DNA of 64,000 bases from Patescibacteria group bacterium (GCA_026004595.1 BPJL01000005.1:11263-75262), one strand, 5' to 3'. Shown: positions 19,849-30,277, counted from the first letter of the stretch. The notes: generated from the letters alone by a model not told the origin. Made by a program: numbers and translations.

Positions 19849-20292
19849 TTATCTGGCCATATTGACAAGTTCTTCGAACTTTTCTTTCGCTCTATCAGAT
19901 CTACCAACCTTCTTTCTTTGTTCTTTATAAACCTCATTGAGTAGGGCGACGATCTCTTTTCTTGCCTGCTTAATATCAGCTCTGCTCCTAATCTGTGGTC
20001 CTCTGTTGTATATATCTTCACCCGCAAGTATCCGGTTGATTAACGCAAGACATGCATATTTCGTATCTCGCAAACGTCTTTTATCCCTGTTATAAGCATA
20101 TTTGTAGTACAGTTCTGCATGTCTTTTCAGATGGCACCATAAACATTCAAGAACTCCTCGACTGGGATCGTCATAATCATGATTTTTTTTCATGATCAAG
20201 ATGGCTACCATCAAGGCTCCAACCGTCCTTGCATTTCTTACCGCATGTAAAGCATTCGGCTTGTTCTCCCCCACTTCGCCGCCAAATCTCAT
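19849..20292 (-). CDS. Hypothetical protein (147 aa), basic and probably helical.
   Basis: ORF ending at the terminator hairpin. No confident family assignment. Confidence 0.45.
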   Translation of the reverse strand: MRFGGEVGENKPNALHAVRNARTVGALMVAILIMKKNHDYDDPSRGVLECLWCHLKRHAELYYKYAYNRDKRRLRDTKYACLALINRILAGEDIYNRGPQIRSRADIKQARKEIVALLNEVYKEQRKKVGRSDRAKEKFEELVNMAR

Positions 20293-21189
20293 TCAAAGAC
20301 TCTCTTGAAAAAGGCATTTCTCTCTCCTTTGTATTTTGTATAAAAAAACTATTATTATCTAATTACACAAAAACCCTACTTTAATATGTGCACTTTGTGA
20401 ATCATACTTAAATAAAGTTTACATAGCAATGTTTATTTTATTTTGAGCCTAATGATTAGCCAAATAGAAATAACAAAATCAAAAATTTCAACATTTTATG
20501 TAGGTAGATTAATCTCGTTTAATTTTGACCTCCATAAAGTACCGTTTGCTACTTCATGACTATTCTTGCCTATATTTAGGGCAGAGTACAATTCATAGAA
20601 AAGCAATATTTTTCACATACCATCTGATAACCTTTCACGCACTTGGTAAATTACCACCCAACCACCAGTCACAAGACATTTAACCATCCCTATATATGGA
20701 ATCTCTTTGTGTATTTGTAGTTTTGTTGTAGAAAACCTTTTGCAATTAAGTGGACTGAAAAATATTCAAATATTGAATTTTTTGAACATATCAATTAGAT
20801 TACAGGTACAATAATTTAGTTGTAAAATAATCAGTACCGGCTAAATATTGGTGGAGAAAACCTACAAGAAAGAACAGGTACTGGATCTGACTGATACACA
20901 AAAAGGATATTTTTTACCATCAGAAACCACGACCTTAAGCCGTAAGCATTTAACATATTAGACGATCCTTTAAGAGATTATCCAAGTGTAAAAATTTGTA
21001 TTGATTCAGATAGACTTCAATTGGGAAGGCTAGAAATAAAACCCCTAGTAGAATACACGTTTACAGAAGGTGGAAAAATCTTAAATTGTTTATTTGCCAT
21101 ACATAGAAACCATAGTTAGATATCGCAAACCCGGGGCAACCGATATTCCTTCTTTCAAAAAATCAATAAAATAACGGTATAATAATTAT

Positions 21190-22320
21190 ATGAAAAAAGT
21201 AACCCTGGCTCTTTTTTTTGTAGTAGCAGGAATTGTGTTATCTGCTGTTTATGCACAAGATCAATCTACAGAACTAAGACATTTCGAACCAAAACAAAGC
21301 AATTATGAAGGTGTGGTGCTAGATTCTATCAAAATAGATGACGGGAATCAGAGAGTTATTATTGAAATTACTAACGGGGATAAAAAAGGTAAATCTGTTG
21401 AATTAATAACTGGACTCAAGATTTCTGAAAATTTAGTAGGATACCAGAAGGGCGATAAAATCTTGCTTTTAAGTTTACAAGATCCAGCTTCAAATACAGA
21501 AACTTACTATATTACAGATTTCAATAGAACAAACTCACTATTTTGGCTTTTTATACTCTTTGCTTTTGTTGTTTTGATTGTAAGCAGAAAGTATGGTCTT
21601 AATTCACTTATTGGCATGGCTTACTCATTTTTTATTATCTTTAAATTTATACTGCCTGAGTTATTAAAAGGACATAACCCATTGTTAATTGCAATACTAG
21701 GGGCTTTATTCATTGCGCCGGTAACATTTTATCTATCACATGGGTTTAACAGAAAGACTTCGGTGGCTTTAATAAGTACCATCATTGCTTTATTTTTTAC
21801 CGGAATAATATCGTTGATTTTTATAAACATCTCTAAGTTAACGGGATTTGGCTCTGATGAAGCTTTTTTTCTTCAGGTTGCAAGAGAAGGTATTGTAAAT
21901 ATAAAGGGTATATTCTTAGCTGGAATAATTATAGGTACACTGGGTATATTGGACGATGTTACAGTAACCCAATCTTCGATAGTTTATCAGTTAAAAAGCT
22001 CTGTTAGGGGGATAGGAGATTGGGAGCTATACAAAAAAGCCATGGAGGTAGGGCACGATCATATTGCTTCAACTGTTAACACATTAGTTTTGGTCTATAC
22101 AGGCGCGGCGTTACCCCTACTGTTACTTTTTATAAACTCTTCAAAAAGTTTTGGTGAAGCAATCAACGCAGAGATTATTGCAGATGAAGTTGTAAGAACT
22201 TTGGTAAGTAGTATAGGTCTTGTTTTAGCTGTGCCTATAAGTACAATTTTAGCAGTTTATTTTATTACACCTTCTCAAAAAAACACTGAATCAAAAATCT
22301 ATCGTAATCACCATATCTAG
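21190..22320 (+). CDS. YibE/F-like polytopic membrane protein.
   Basis: Signal peptide, a ~110-aa extracytoplasmic N-terminal domain, then 7-8 TM helices. The architecture fits the YibE/F family. Confidence 0.5.
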   Translation: MKKVTLALFFVVAGIVLSAVYAQDQSTELRHFEPKQSNYEGVVLDSIKIDDGNQRVIIEITNGDKKGKSVELITGLKISENLVGYQKGDKILLLSLQDPASNTETYYITDFNRTNSLFWLFILFAFVVLIVSRKYGLNSLIGMAYSFFIIFKFILPELLKGHNPLLIAILGALFIAPVTFYLSHGFNRKTSVALISTIIALFFTGIISLIFINISKLTGFGSDEAFFLQVAREGIVNIKGIFLAGIIIGTLGILDDVTVTQSSIVYQLKSSVRGIGDWELYKKAMEVGHDHIASTVNTLVLVYTGAALPLLLLFINSSKSFGEAINAEIIADEVVRTLVSSIGLVLAVPISTILAVYFITPSQKNTESKIYRNHHI

Positions 22321-22546
22321 TCTTTAACTAGGTATTTTGTGAAAATAGCTCTGATGAGAATATCCGGGTCTTGTTAAACACTTAAGTTATTACAGTTTCC
22401 CTCGTGTCATTTGCTTTGAATGGTAAATTTACAATACTTGGAAAATTTAGATTGTTACGTATTATTAAATCAATACTTGACTTTAGTAGTTCAAAATTCT
22501 CCTCTCTAATAAATGTTGCGTTCCTAGCAACTTAGAGTTAGCATAT

Positions 22547-22855
22547 ATGAATATGCCTTCATATAACTGTATGTTAAACAATAGCGAAGAATCTAAGAAA
22601 ATATCCGATGTTTCATCTGTGCTAAAACTAATAAGTGAAGAAAGCAGATTAAAAATATTGTGCACTCTGAGACAGAATGAGCACTGTGTATGCGAAATTA
22701 TGGAGTACACAAAACTATCTCAAAGTTTAATCTCGCACCATCTAAAAGATCTAAAAGATTCTGAGCTTGTTTCCGACGAAAAAAAAGGCCAGTTCGTTTT
22801 TTACTCACTAACTGATAAAGGTCATAGAATTATTGATATGCTTTTACAGCTGTAG
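22547..22855 (+). CDS. ArsR/SmtB family metalloregulator.
   Basis: Winged HTH with 'LKILCTLRQNEHCVCEI' (the ELCVCDL-type metal site) and 'SQSLISHHLKDLKDSELV'. Confidence 0.8.
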   Translation: MNMPSYNCMLNNSEESKKISDVSSVLKLISEESRLKILCTLRQNEHCVCEIMEYTKLSQSLISHHLKDLKDSELVSDEKKGQFVFYSLTDKGHRIIDMLLQL

Positions 22856-22896
22856 ATTATAAAAAATTTATATATTTTTGTGAAAGGAAAAATTAA

Positions 22897-23151
22897 ATGA
22901 AAATACAAATATTGGGTTCTGGTTGTCCAACCTGCAAAAAACTACACGAAGTAGTTCAAAAGATTGTTCAAGATGAAAAAATGGATGCTGAGATCGAATA
23001 TATTACTGGTTCCGAGGGTATGCAAAAGATCATAGAAATGAACCAGATGAGCAGTCCTGTCTTGGTGGTAGATGAAAAAGTAGCGATGGTAGGATTTACA
23101 CCAGACATAGATAAAATTAAGCAGAAAATTTTAGACGCAGTAGGTAAATAA
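22897..23151 (+). CDS. Thioredoxin-fold redox-active disulfide protein (TM0996/MTH895-like).
   Basis: N-terminal 'MKIQILGSGCPTCKKL' CxxC motif. 84 aa. Confidence 0.75.
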   Translation: MKIQILGSGCPTCKKLHEVVQKIVQDEKMDAEIEYITGSEGMQKIIEMNQMSSPVLVVDEKVAMVGFTPDIDKIKQKILDAVGK

Positions 23152-23154
23152 GAT

Positions 23155-24135
23155 ATGGATATTTTTGCTCCCATTCAACTCTTTGCTGATGTCGTAACTT
23201 ATAATCTATTTGGTATTGCCAAATATTCATATTGGGGCGATACGATAAACTTTTTTATTTATGATGTTATAAAAATCGGTTTATTATTAGTTGTTATTAA
23301 TTACTTCATGGCCTATGTTCGATACAACTTTCCAATGGGTAAAGTTAGGGACATGTTAACAAAGAGAAGATGGTTTGGTCTGGACTACCTTTTTGCTGCT
23401 GTTCTTGGTGTTATAACACCATTCTGCTCCTGTTCATCAATTCCGCTATTTATTGGTTTTTTGGGAGCAGGAATCCCGCTAGGAGTAACATTTGCTTTTC
23501 TCATCAGCTCGCCTTTGGTAAATGAATCATCACTCTACCTGTTTCCTGCTATGTTTGGAATGAGGGTAACTATTATTTATAACGTTGTAGGAGTAACGAT
23601 TTCTATGTTAGGCGGGATGCTTATACAAAAGCTGAATGTTGATAAATTTGTAAAAAAAGAATTACTAAGATTCAAATCAAAGCAAGAGGTAGAAATAGAA
23701 AACGGTGGCGAAAAGATGCCTTTAAAAGATTTACTAGTCTATTTTTGGAAAGACGGCTGGTTGATAACAAAAGAGGTATTCCCCTATGTATTACTTGGTG
23801 TGGGCATAGGTGCCCTTATTCATGGTTTCGTACCAGCGTCTATCGTAGAACAGTATCTCGCAGGAAATGGGTTTTGGGCTGTTCCTGTAGCTACACTTCT
23901 AGGAGCACCGTTATATGCTAACTCAGTTAGTGTGATACCTGTTATGGAAGCACTGGTTGGAAAAGGTGTGCCTCTTGGAACAGCATTGGCATTTATGACT
24001 TCTATAGTTACTGTTTCAGTGCCGTCAGCTTTGATTCTAAAAAAGGTTATGAAATGGCAACTTTTAACTTTGTTTTTCGGTATAACGCTGACAGGTATTG
24101 TAATGATGGGATACATATTTAATGCAGTTCTCTAA
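23155..24135 (+). CDS. arsP: ArsP-like permease (DUF318 family).
   Basis: The conserved 'TPFCSCS' motif ('ITPFCSCSSIPLF') is present. Polytopic, 326 aa. It forms an operon with ArsR and the thioredoxin-like gene. Confidence 0.7.
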   Translation: MDIFAPIQLFADVVTYNLFGIAKYSYWGDTINFFIYDVIKIGLLLVVINYFMAYVRYNFPMGKVRDMLTKRRWFGLDYLFAAVLGVITPFCSCSSIPLFIGFLGAGIPLGVTFAFLISSPLVNESSLYLFPAMFGMRVTIIYNVVGVTISMLGGMLIQKLNVDKFVKKELLRFKSKQEVEIENGGEKMPLKDLLVYFWKDGWLITKEVFPYVLLGVGIGALIHGFVPASIVEQYLAGNGFWAVPVATLLGAPLYANSVSVIPVMEALVGKGVPLGTALAFMTSIVTVSVPSALILKKVMKWQLLTLFFGITLTGIVMMGYIFNAVL

Positions 24136-24480
24136 GGACACGAGTGTAAAGACTCAAATAACAATACTGATAATTATAGTTATGGGTTTACTGATAATCT
24201 TTACGAAGCCGAGAAACAATACAAGTTCGGAAGGAACAAATCAAGCGATGCCAAAAGGAAGCTCTGCTCAATCAACATCGCCAATAACGCCAGTCTCAAT
24301 AATTATGCTAATATAGTAACATCTTCTAGGTTTTGCAAAAAAGCTGCACCTAATCTGCTACGAACCCTCGACTAGTTCTTACCTGTAACACCTATCGCAT
24401 AAAGCACACTTAATCTTAATCCTAAAATATGTGAGCTGAATAATCAATAAAAAAGGACTTGACGATTTGGTCGCAAGTCC

Positions 24481-25248
24481 TCACTTATGGGCCAAATAAT
24501 CAAGCACAGTAGAGTTAAACTCGTTAGCAGATTCTATGTGCGCGTTATGACCTCCTTTAATTAATACAAGCCTAGACCCCCTAATCAGCGAGTGAAGCCT
24601 TTTTCCCACTTTTACAGACAGCACATTGTCGTCCTCTCCCCATATAATCAATGTCGGCACATTTATGTTCCCCGCTACTTCTGAAAGGTCGGCCCTCGTT
24701 ACTAATTTTTTAACCTCCCATTTGTAGTCGCTCTCGTCTTTCTTTACTCTCGTAACAAAATAGAAAGCCCTTCTGGCGGAAGATTCCAATGAGGGGAATG
24801 CATTCTTGACGAGTAGTTTTCCCAAGCTCGCCAGTGAAACTTTCATGTTCGACCACGCGCCGTGTTTCTCAACACCTGCAGATGCTACAAGTATTAGATG
24901 GGATAGATCGTGTGGCCATTTGCTCGCATAATACAATGCAATGCGGCCTCCAAAACTTTTGCCCACCATCACATAATTGTTAATACTCAATTTCTCTACA
25001 AAACTTCTTACAAACTCAGCGTATTCCTTAACCCCCCTGATGTTTTTTGGTGTGTCGCTAATTCCAAATCCTGGTAAGTCAATAGCAACACAATCAAAGT
25101 ATTTTCTTAATTCCCTTATGTTTGGTTCCCACGAACTGCTTGAACCGCCCCAGCCATGCAAAAAAAGAATCGTAGCTCCGGGCCTTTCGGTTTCGCACGA
25201 TCTGTCGTACAAAACCCTCAAACCGTTTATCTCTATTTCGCTACTCAT
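24481..25248 (-). CDS. Alpha/beta-fold hydrolase.
   Basis: 'HGWGGSSSSW' oxyanion region, nucleophile elbow 'GKSFGG', and a C-terminal His in 'GGHNAH'. Confidence 0.8.
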   Translation of the reverse strand: MSSEIEINGLRVLYDRSCETERPGATILFLHGWGGSSSSWEPNIRELRKYFDCVAIDLPGFGISDTPKNIRGVKEYAEFVRSFVEKLSINNYVMVGKSFGGRIALYYASKWPHDLSHLILVASAGVEKHGAWSNMKVSLASLGKLLVKNAFPSLESSARRAFYFVTRVKKDESDYKWEVKKLVTRADLSEVAGNINVPTLIIWGEDDNVLSVKVGKRLHSLIRGSRLVLIKGGHNAHIESANEFNSTVLDYLAHK

Positions 25249-25286
25249 TGTACCTTACTCCTTCCTTATATTTTGGTTGCGGTATT

Positions 25287-26576
25287 TTACCATGTTTCAT
25301 TTATATAGGACTCCGGATCGAAACCTTTTTGTCTAGTAGAAAGTGCCTTATGGAATACCGCGTAGCCTTCTACACGGTTTCTCATTATATCGCTGAATTT
25401 TTCTTTATCCACAAAGTTCGCTTTTACTGGCAGACGTTCTCTGTTTTTAGGGGTATCTAAAACAAAGGTTTTGTCTGCCTCGAAAACCTTCTCTAAAAGA
25501 TCTTTAAAACCTTGGGGGTCCTCGTCTGCAAAATCAATAGATTCGACCATAAACCAGGGCGAGCTCCCATCTAAAGTTTCAAACCAGCTCCACAATCTGC
25601 CACCTCCAGAGGTTTCTCCATGGAAAAAAATACTCTTCCCTCTATAACTAACGGTTAGTAATCTATTTTCAACGGGTTCGAAGGTTTCGTATGCACGAGC
25701 TAGATTATTCATAGAAAGATTTAATTCGTTTGCTAAAAGTTTTCCAACAGTAAACATTTCAGCAGTCCGCAGGGTAGGTGGAAGCAGGGTATTCTTTATT
25801 CCTTCGGGCAATTCAACATCAAATCCATTCCAACCTTCTGGTGTCGGAACGGCCAATTCTGAAACAACCTTATTATTAATATAGCCTACGCTTTTAGCTG
25901 GTTTGATTCTAATCTTGGAGTCAAAGATATCTTTTTTATTTTCAAACATACCTGGGTTTATGTGAGTGTTATAAATATTTGTCAGAAAAGCAATATTTGG
26001 GGGCAATAATTCAGATAATTTAGCAACATGATCCTTCAAATATGTGCTATATTCCATTACTACAAACTGGGTACCCTGATCCACTCGGTTTATGTAGTGG
26101 CACATAACTGAAAGGGGAGTAAGACGTTTTGAGTAAAACCTAACAACGTTAGTATCTGATTCTTTTAACAAATGTTCCAGGAAAGCCACTGTTGTAGTTT
26201 TACCCACAGAACCCGTAACACCAATAATATAGGGGTCGGTATTGTTTCTTGCATATTCATACAGCTTATGTGCAAAAGTATCAAGGTTTATAACCTTCAA
26301 AAATTCAGCGCCGCCAACATCTGTACCTTCTTCAATCCCCAAATGCCAGCCTTTATCAAAAGCGACCTTTGCGGCTGTTGGCCTTCTGTCAAACTCATAG
26401 CTCCAACCGCCCTCGCCCAATGAATGAGTAGTTAGATACAAGTTTGACTTGAGCTCTTCCGGTCTTTGAGGGATTGCGACTATATCAATCCATTGATATT
26501 TAGGATTATATTTAATATTGCTTTCCAGCACTTCGTCCCCGGCTATGCTTGTTATTTCTTCCTTAGTAAACCCCAC
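25287..26576 (-). CDS. Divergent Mur ligase family protein (ATP-dependent amide ligase).
   Basis: P-loop 'IIGVTGSVGKTTT' after a ~110-aa N-terminal domain, then 'VMEYSTY...PNIAFLTNIYNTHIN' and a C-terminal domain. Its substrate cannot be inferred. Confidence 0.55.
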   Translation of the reverse strand: MGFTKEEITSIAGDEVLESNIKYNPKYQWIDIVAIPQRPEELKSNLYLTTHSLGEGGWSYEFDRRPTAAKVAFDKGWHLGIEEGTDVGGAEFLKVINLDTFAHKLYEYARNNTDPYIIGVTGSVGKTTTVAFLEHLLKESDTNVVRFYSKRLTPLSVMCHYINRVDQGTQFVVMEYSTYLKDHVAKLSELLPPNIAFLTNIYNTHINPGMFENKKDIFDSKIRIKPAKSVGYINNKVVSELAVPTPEGWNGFDVELPEGIKNTLLPPTLRTAEMFTVGKLLANELNLSMNNLARAYETFEPVENRLLTVSYRGKSIFFHGETSGGGRLWSWFETLDGSSPWFMVESIDFADEDPQGFKDLLEKVFEADKTFVLDTPKNRERLPVKANFVDKEKFSDIMRNRVEGYAVFHKALSTRQKGFDPESYINETW

Positions 26577-26768
26577 CCCTATATTTTATACTATTCTCTT
26601 TATAATATGCCCAGCATGCGGAAACTCGTTTTTATTGAAATTTAAGCTCTATCTTCCATCTGATGCTAATTAATTTACCTTTAGAACACAGGTTTTTTTA
26701 AAAAAATTGTGCAGTTAGTATAGAAAATAGTTAGAGAGGCCAAATTGACTTATAGTTTATTACTCGTA

Positions 26769-27539
26769 TTATTCTTTGCCCATTAAATATACTGTTTTAA
26801 GAAGTCTTTCTAATCCCTCCTTACCTATTCTAGTTGACCCCAAGGCCTCAGAAACACCTTTAATAAATTCATCGGGGCTTGAAGTCTCTGCAACCTTAAG
26901 AATTTCCTCTAATCTTTTATTGATTTTTTTCATCTTTTCTTCCATTTGCTTCCTTTCTGCCACTTGCTCCATTTCCTGCAACACTTCCCCCGGGTTTTCA
27001 TACCCATTAAGCTGTTTCACGATCATGCCAAAAGAACAGGCTATCTTCTTACCCTCAAAGGTAGTTTCGGGCTTCAGAGCTTGCTTAACTTTGTTTATAC
27101 TTTCCTCTAGGTCATTGGTTTCTGTAAATACAAAAAGAATCCTAAACTCATCCCCTCCTGCTTGAGGCCTCCATAATAAAAAATAACCGCTTTCCTCTAA
27201 TCCCTCAACAGCTTTATTTTTTTCATCAATAACTTTTTTTATTGCTTCGTTAGTTTTTGCATGACCTAATGAATCATTTAGGTGTTTTAGGTTATCCATA
27301 TCCGCATCAACAAATACTATAGTACCTTTCTCGTTAATTCCCTTTGTTATCAATTCCATTATTCTTGCTCTAGCTTTAGGAGTTTCAAAAGGATGTGAAG
27401 ATATTGGGTCAACATTTAATTCATTAGAAAATAATTCATGAGACAAATTTCTAATATTTCTTGTGCTCTCTATAGAGGCCATACCCTCGTTTATATTTGA
27501 CATAAAATTATTAAAACCCGATATACGAACAGAATACAA
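26769..27539 (-). CDS. Stand-alone GGDEF domain protein (putative diguanylate cyclase) with a C-terminal coiled coil and no sensor domain.
   Basis: 'VFVDADMDNLKHLNDSLGH' matches the DxDxFKxxNDxxGH pattern. 'RPQAGGDEFRILF' carries an intact GGDEF motif. There is no RxxD I-site. Confidence 0.65.
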   Translation of the reverse strand: MYSVRISGFNNFMSNINEGMASIESTRNIRNLSHELFSNELNVDPISSHPFETPKARARIMELITKGINEKGTIVFVDADMDNLKHLNDSLGHAKTNEAIKKVIDEKNKAVEGLEESGYFLLWRPQAGGDEFRILFVFTETNDLEESINKVKQALKPETTFEGKKIACSFGMIVKQLNGYENPGEVLQEMEQVAERKQMEEKMKKINKRLEEILKVAETSSPDEFIKGVSEALGSTRIGKEGLERLLKTVYLMGKE

Positions 27540-27724
27540 GCATGTAATTATATTAAATTAAACTAATGTTAAAGTCGAGAAACAAAAATTATGCTTTTTT
27601 ATTTTAAAATTAATAAATAAAATATCTGACTTATACGAATGATGTATAAACAAATGAACATTACTGCTTCGTAATAAGTTATACTATTTACTTAATACAT
27701 TTTACCTTTATATAACTAACACAA

Positions 27725-28063
27725 ATGACAAAACACTATAAACAAAATAAAAAAAGAGCCAATCTAATTATCACCAAACTCGCAAGGCATTTTGCCGCCC
27801 TCTACAATGTAAAAATTAACCGTATATCTATAAGAAACCAAAAAACCCGGTGGGGAAGCTGCTCTAAATCGGGAAATTTAAATTTCAACTACAAATTGAT
27901 ATTTCTTCCACAAGAACTTAGAAACTATGTGATAATTCACGAGATATGCCATCTTCTGGAATTCAACCATTCGAAAAAATTCTGGGCGCAGGTTGAGATT
28001 TTGGTGCCGAACTACAAAGAAGTAAGAAAAGTTTTGCGATTCACACATACCCCTCATCTCTAG
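27725..28063 (+). CDS. Short-form YgjP-like (DUF45/WLM-type) zinc metallohydrolase.
   Basis: 'RWGSCS...YVIIHEICHLLEFNHSKKFW' carries HExxH and a downstream E/H. It is only 112 aa and lacks the usual ~100-aa N-terminal portion of DUF45 proteins. Confidence 0.55.
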   Translation: MTKHYKQNKKRANLIITKLARHFAALYNVKINRISIRNQKTRWGSCSKSGNLNFNYKLIFLPQELRNYVIIHEICHLLEFNHSKKFWAQVEILVPNYKEVRKVLRFTHTPHL

Positions 28064-28479
28064 ATACTATAAAATTTACCTACCAAGAATTTTTTAGTGT
28101 GACAAAAAATAATTCCATAATAATTTCAGAAATATATACATATAAGCAACAGAAAAAGAGTGTTGAGAATAGTAAAGGCTTTTGTAGGCTTAGTTGTTAA
28201 AACCAGGTTTATTGCTAAAAACAAGAAATGTTGTAAAAACTACCTGTCATGAAAAAGGACGATGCCACAAGATTTAACATGAATGCTTTAACTCAATATT
28301 TAGAGATAATGATTTCATTGATAGTTCTATAACACTGTCCTCAAATACATGAAAACCGCACAGCATGATGTCAGTGGTTTCCAATACACATCACAGAATG
28401 TCTGAAGTACAAATTTTAAATTAAATTTAGCGCTAGTCTCTTTAGATATAAAAATTTTCAAAAGCTTTTCTTTTAAAGA

Positions 28480-29358
28480 ATGTATAATTATTATCACATT
28501 ATGTTCGCACCAATAATTGCGGTCACCTCATCTTTCATCGATCAACTTGGATCAAGTATTATAAAGAAGTCTGAAAATGAACCTATTTACCCGGCTTCCG
28601 TTTGGGAATCTGGTTTATTAGTGGTAACAAGCGGATCCTTGATAATTTTTGCGTATGTTTTTATAAAAGGAGAAACTTATATAAACCCCGAAAAGGCGTG
28701 GTTGTTTATCCCAAGAGTTGGCCTTGAAATTTTGCAGATATATGTAACTTATACAGCTCTAAAATTAGCTGACCTTAGTAGTTTTAACTTTCTACGGGTC
28801 TTTTCAATAGTTTTTGTTGTCATTATTGAAATACTTTTTTTGGGCAGTGTACTCAGACACATTCAATACCTAGGAGTCATTGTTATTTTTGTTTCTACTC
28901 TATTTATATTCAGACACGGAATTAAACAGATATTGGGGTGGAAATATTTAATTTTCTCTGCCATTAATGGGGGCCTGTTAAATGTTATTGCTAAATACCA
29001 GTTTACTTTTAATAATCCATACTTAAATGAAGCAGTAGTCCGAATCTTATTGATTTTATTTCTGGCCCTTATTGTGAAAGTCAAGTTCGGAAAAAATAAA
29101 CTTGGCCATACAAGGTTGGTTATGAAATACAACAAATCATTCATTTTTTTAATACCTATCAGGGCAGTTGTAGGTATGCTCAACATAGCCGCATTGAACT
29201 TGGGAGCCGCTGCTGTTTATTCTACGGCAGAACGAGCGGGATCAGTTCTATCCGGAGTCGCATTAGGTCATACGATGTTTAAAGAAAAATCGCTAGTAGA
29301 AAAGATACTGGTTGCTCTTGGTATTACCTTAGGATTAATACTACTTGTGATTGGTTAA
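28480..29358 (+). CDS. Polytopic membrane protein, possibly a DMT-superfamily transporter.
   Basis: 292 aa with about 9-10 TM helices. The family assignment is weak. Confidence 0.4.
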   Translation: MYNYYHIMFAPIIAVTSSFIDQLGSSIIKKSENEPIYPASVWESGLLVVTSGSLIIFAYVFIKGETYINPEKAWLFIPRVGLEILQIYVTYTALKLADLSSFNFLRVFSIVFVVIIEILFLGSVLRHIQYLGVIVIFVSTLFIFRHGIKQILGWKYLIFSAINGGLLNVIAKYQFTFNNPYLNEAVVRILLILFLALIVKVKFGKNKLGHTRLVMKYNKSFIFLIPIRAVVGMLNIAALNLGAAAVYSTAERAGSVLSGVALGHTMFKEKSLVEKILVALGITLGLILLVIG

Positions 29359-29495
29359 TAATCTATCGATTGTTGGAGATCACATTATCGCATTGCGTAT
29401 TATAAATCTAAACTAAACCCATCAGGTGGCGTTTGGTTTTATTTTTATTATAATATCAACACAAAATCAATATCCCTAAAAGAAAGGAGAATACT

Positions 29496-30263
29496 ATGAG
29501 AAAGGCAGCCCTTGTGTTACTTGTGGCCTGTTTATTCCTTGTAGTAACCGACATAGGGAAGGCAGCGGCCCCGATCAACGTTCCGCCGTCACTGATGCTA
29601 CATTCGCACAGTGCGGAGTTCTTGCCGGAATTTCTTGACTTGATAAGTCAGGAAGGCTACACAACGATAACCTACAGAGACTATGCCGAGGCTTTATCGT
29701 GCCGCCTTCCGCAAAAGAAGTACATAATCATCTCTATAGATGATTTCGGTCCAAATGGAATCACACCATCTTTGAGAACAATGACCGAGGAACTCAAAAA
29801 GCGGGATATGGTGGCTGTAATTGGCTTAATAACAGGCAGATTGGATGCTGAGTCATGGAATTACCTTTCAGAGCTAGAGAAGGCCGGTTTTGAGATTGCT
29901 TCGCACACCTTAAACCACAGTTATCTTCCAGGACTATCCTCAAATACCCTGAAAGAAGAAGTCCTGGGTTCGTCTAACGTTATCTCTGAACATTTGGCAA
30001 AGCCAGTCAGCCTAATACTGCCTTATGGTGGATTTGACCAAGACAAGAGGATAATAGAGGCCGCTCAAAATGCTGGGTATAAATTTATTGTTGGAATATC
30101 GGGCGGAGAGCAGGTTGACGAAACAAGTAATATCTACTATGTTGGCCGTGAATCACCCAACATTAAGTCGGCCAAAAAAACGCTGGTAATTCTGGAGGAA
30201 AGGTTTGCAACGCAGAACAACGGGCGGTGCAAATTCCAGTTCAGCGTCAAGAAAAAACTATAA
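29496..30263 (+). CDS. Secreted polysaccharide deacetylase (NodB/CE4 family).
   Basis: Signal peptide. 'ISIDDFG' matches the TFDDG-type motif 1 and 'ASHTLNHSYL' matches motif 2. Confidence 0.8.
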   Translation: MRKAALVLLVACLFLVVTDIGKAAAPINVPPSLMLHSHSAEFLPEFLDLISQEGYTTITYRDYAEALSCRLPQKKYIIISIDDFGPNGITPSLRTMTEELKKRDMVAVIGLITGRLDAESWNYLSELEKAGFEIASHTLNHSYLPGLSSNTLKEEVLGSSNVISEHLAKPVSLILPYGGFDQDKRIIEAAQNAGYKFIVGISGGEQVDETSNIYYVGRESPNIKSAKKTLVILEERFATQNNGRCKFQFSVKKKL

Positions 30264-30277
30264 AAAGCTAGAGTGAT

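Noticed and set aside
19794-20027. 77-aa minus-strand ORF spanning the terminator hairpin.
   Set aside because: It overlaps the 3' end of the 19849-20292 gene in another frame and includes the 11-bp hairpin. It is better explained as terminator plus overlap.
20293-21189. Looked for tmRNA, RNase P RNA, SRP RNA or a CRISPR-like repeat in the 900-bp gap.
   Set aside because: There is no GGTTCGA-type T-arm, no tag-peptide reading frame, no P4-like conserved helices and no direct repeats visible by eye. It cannot be excluded without covariance models.
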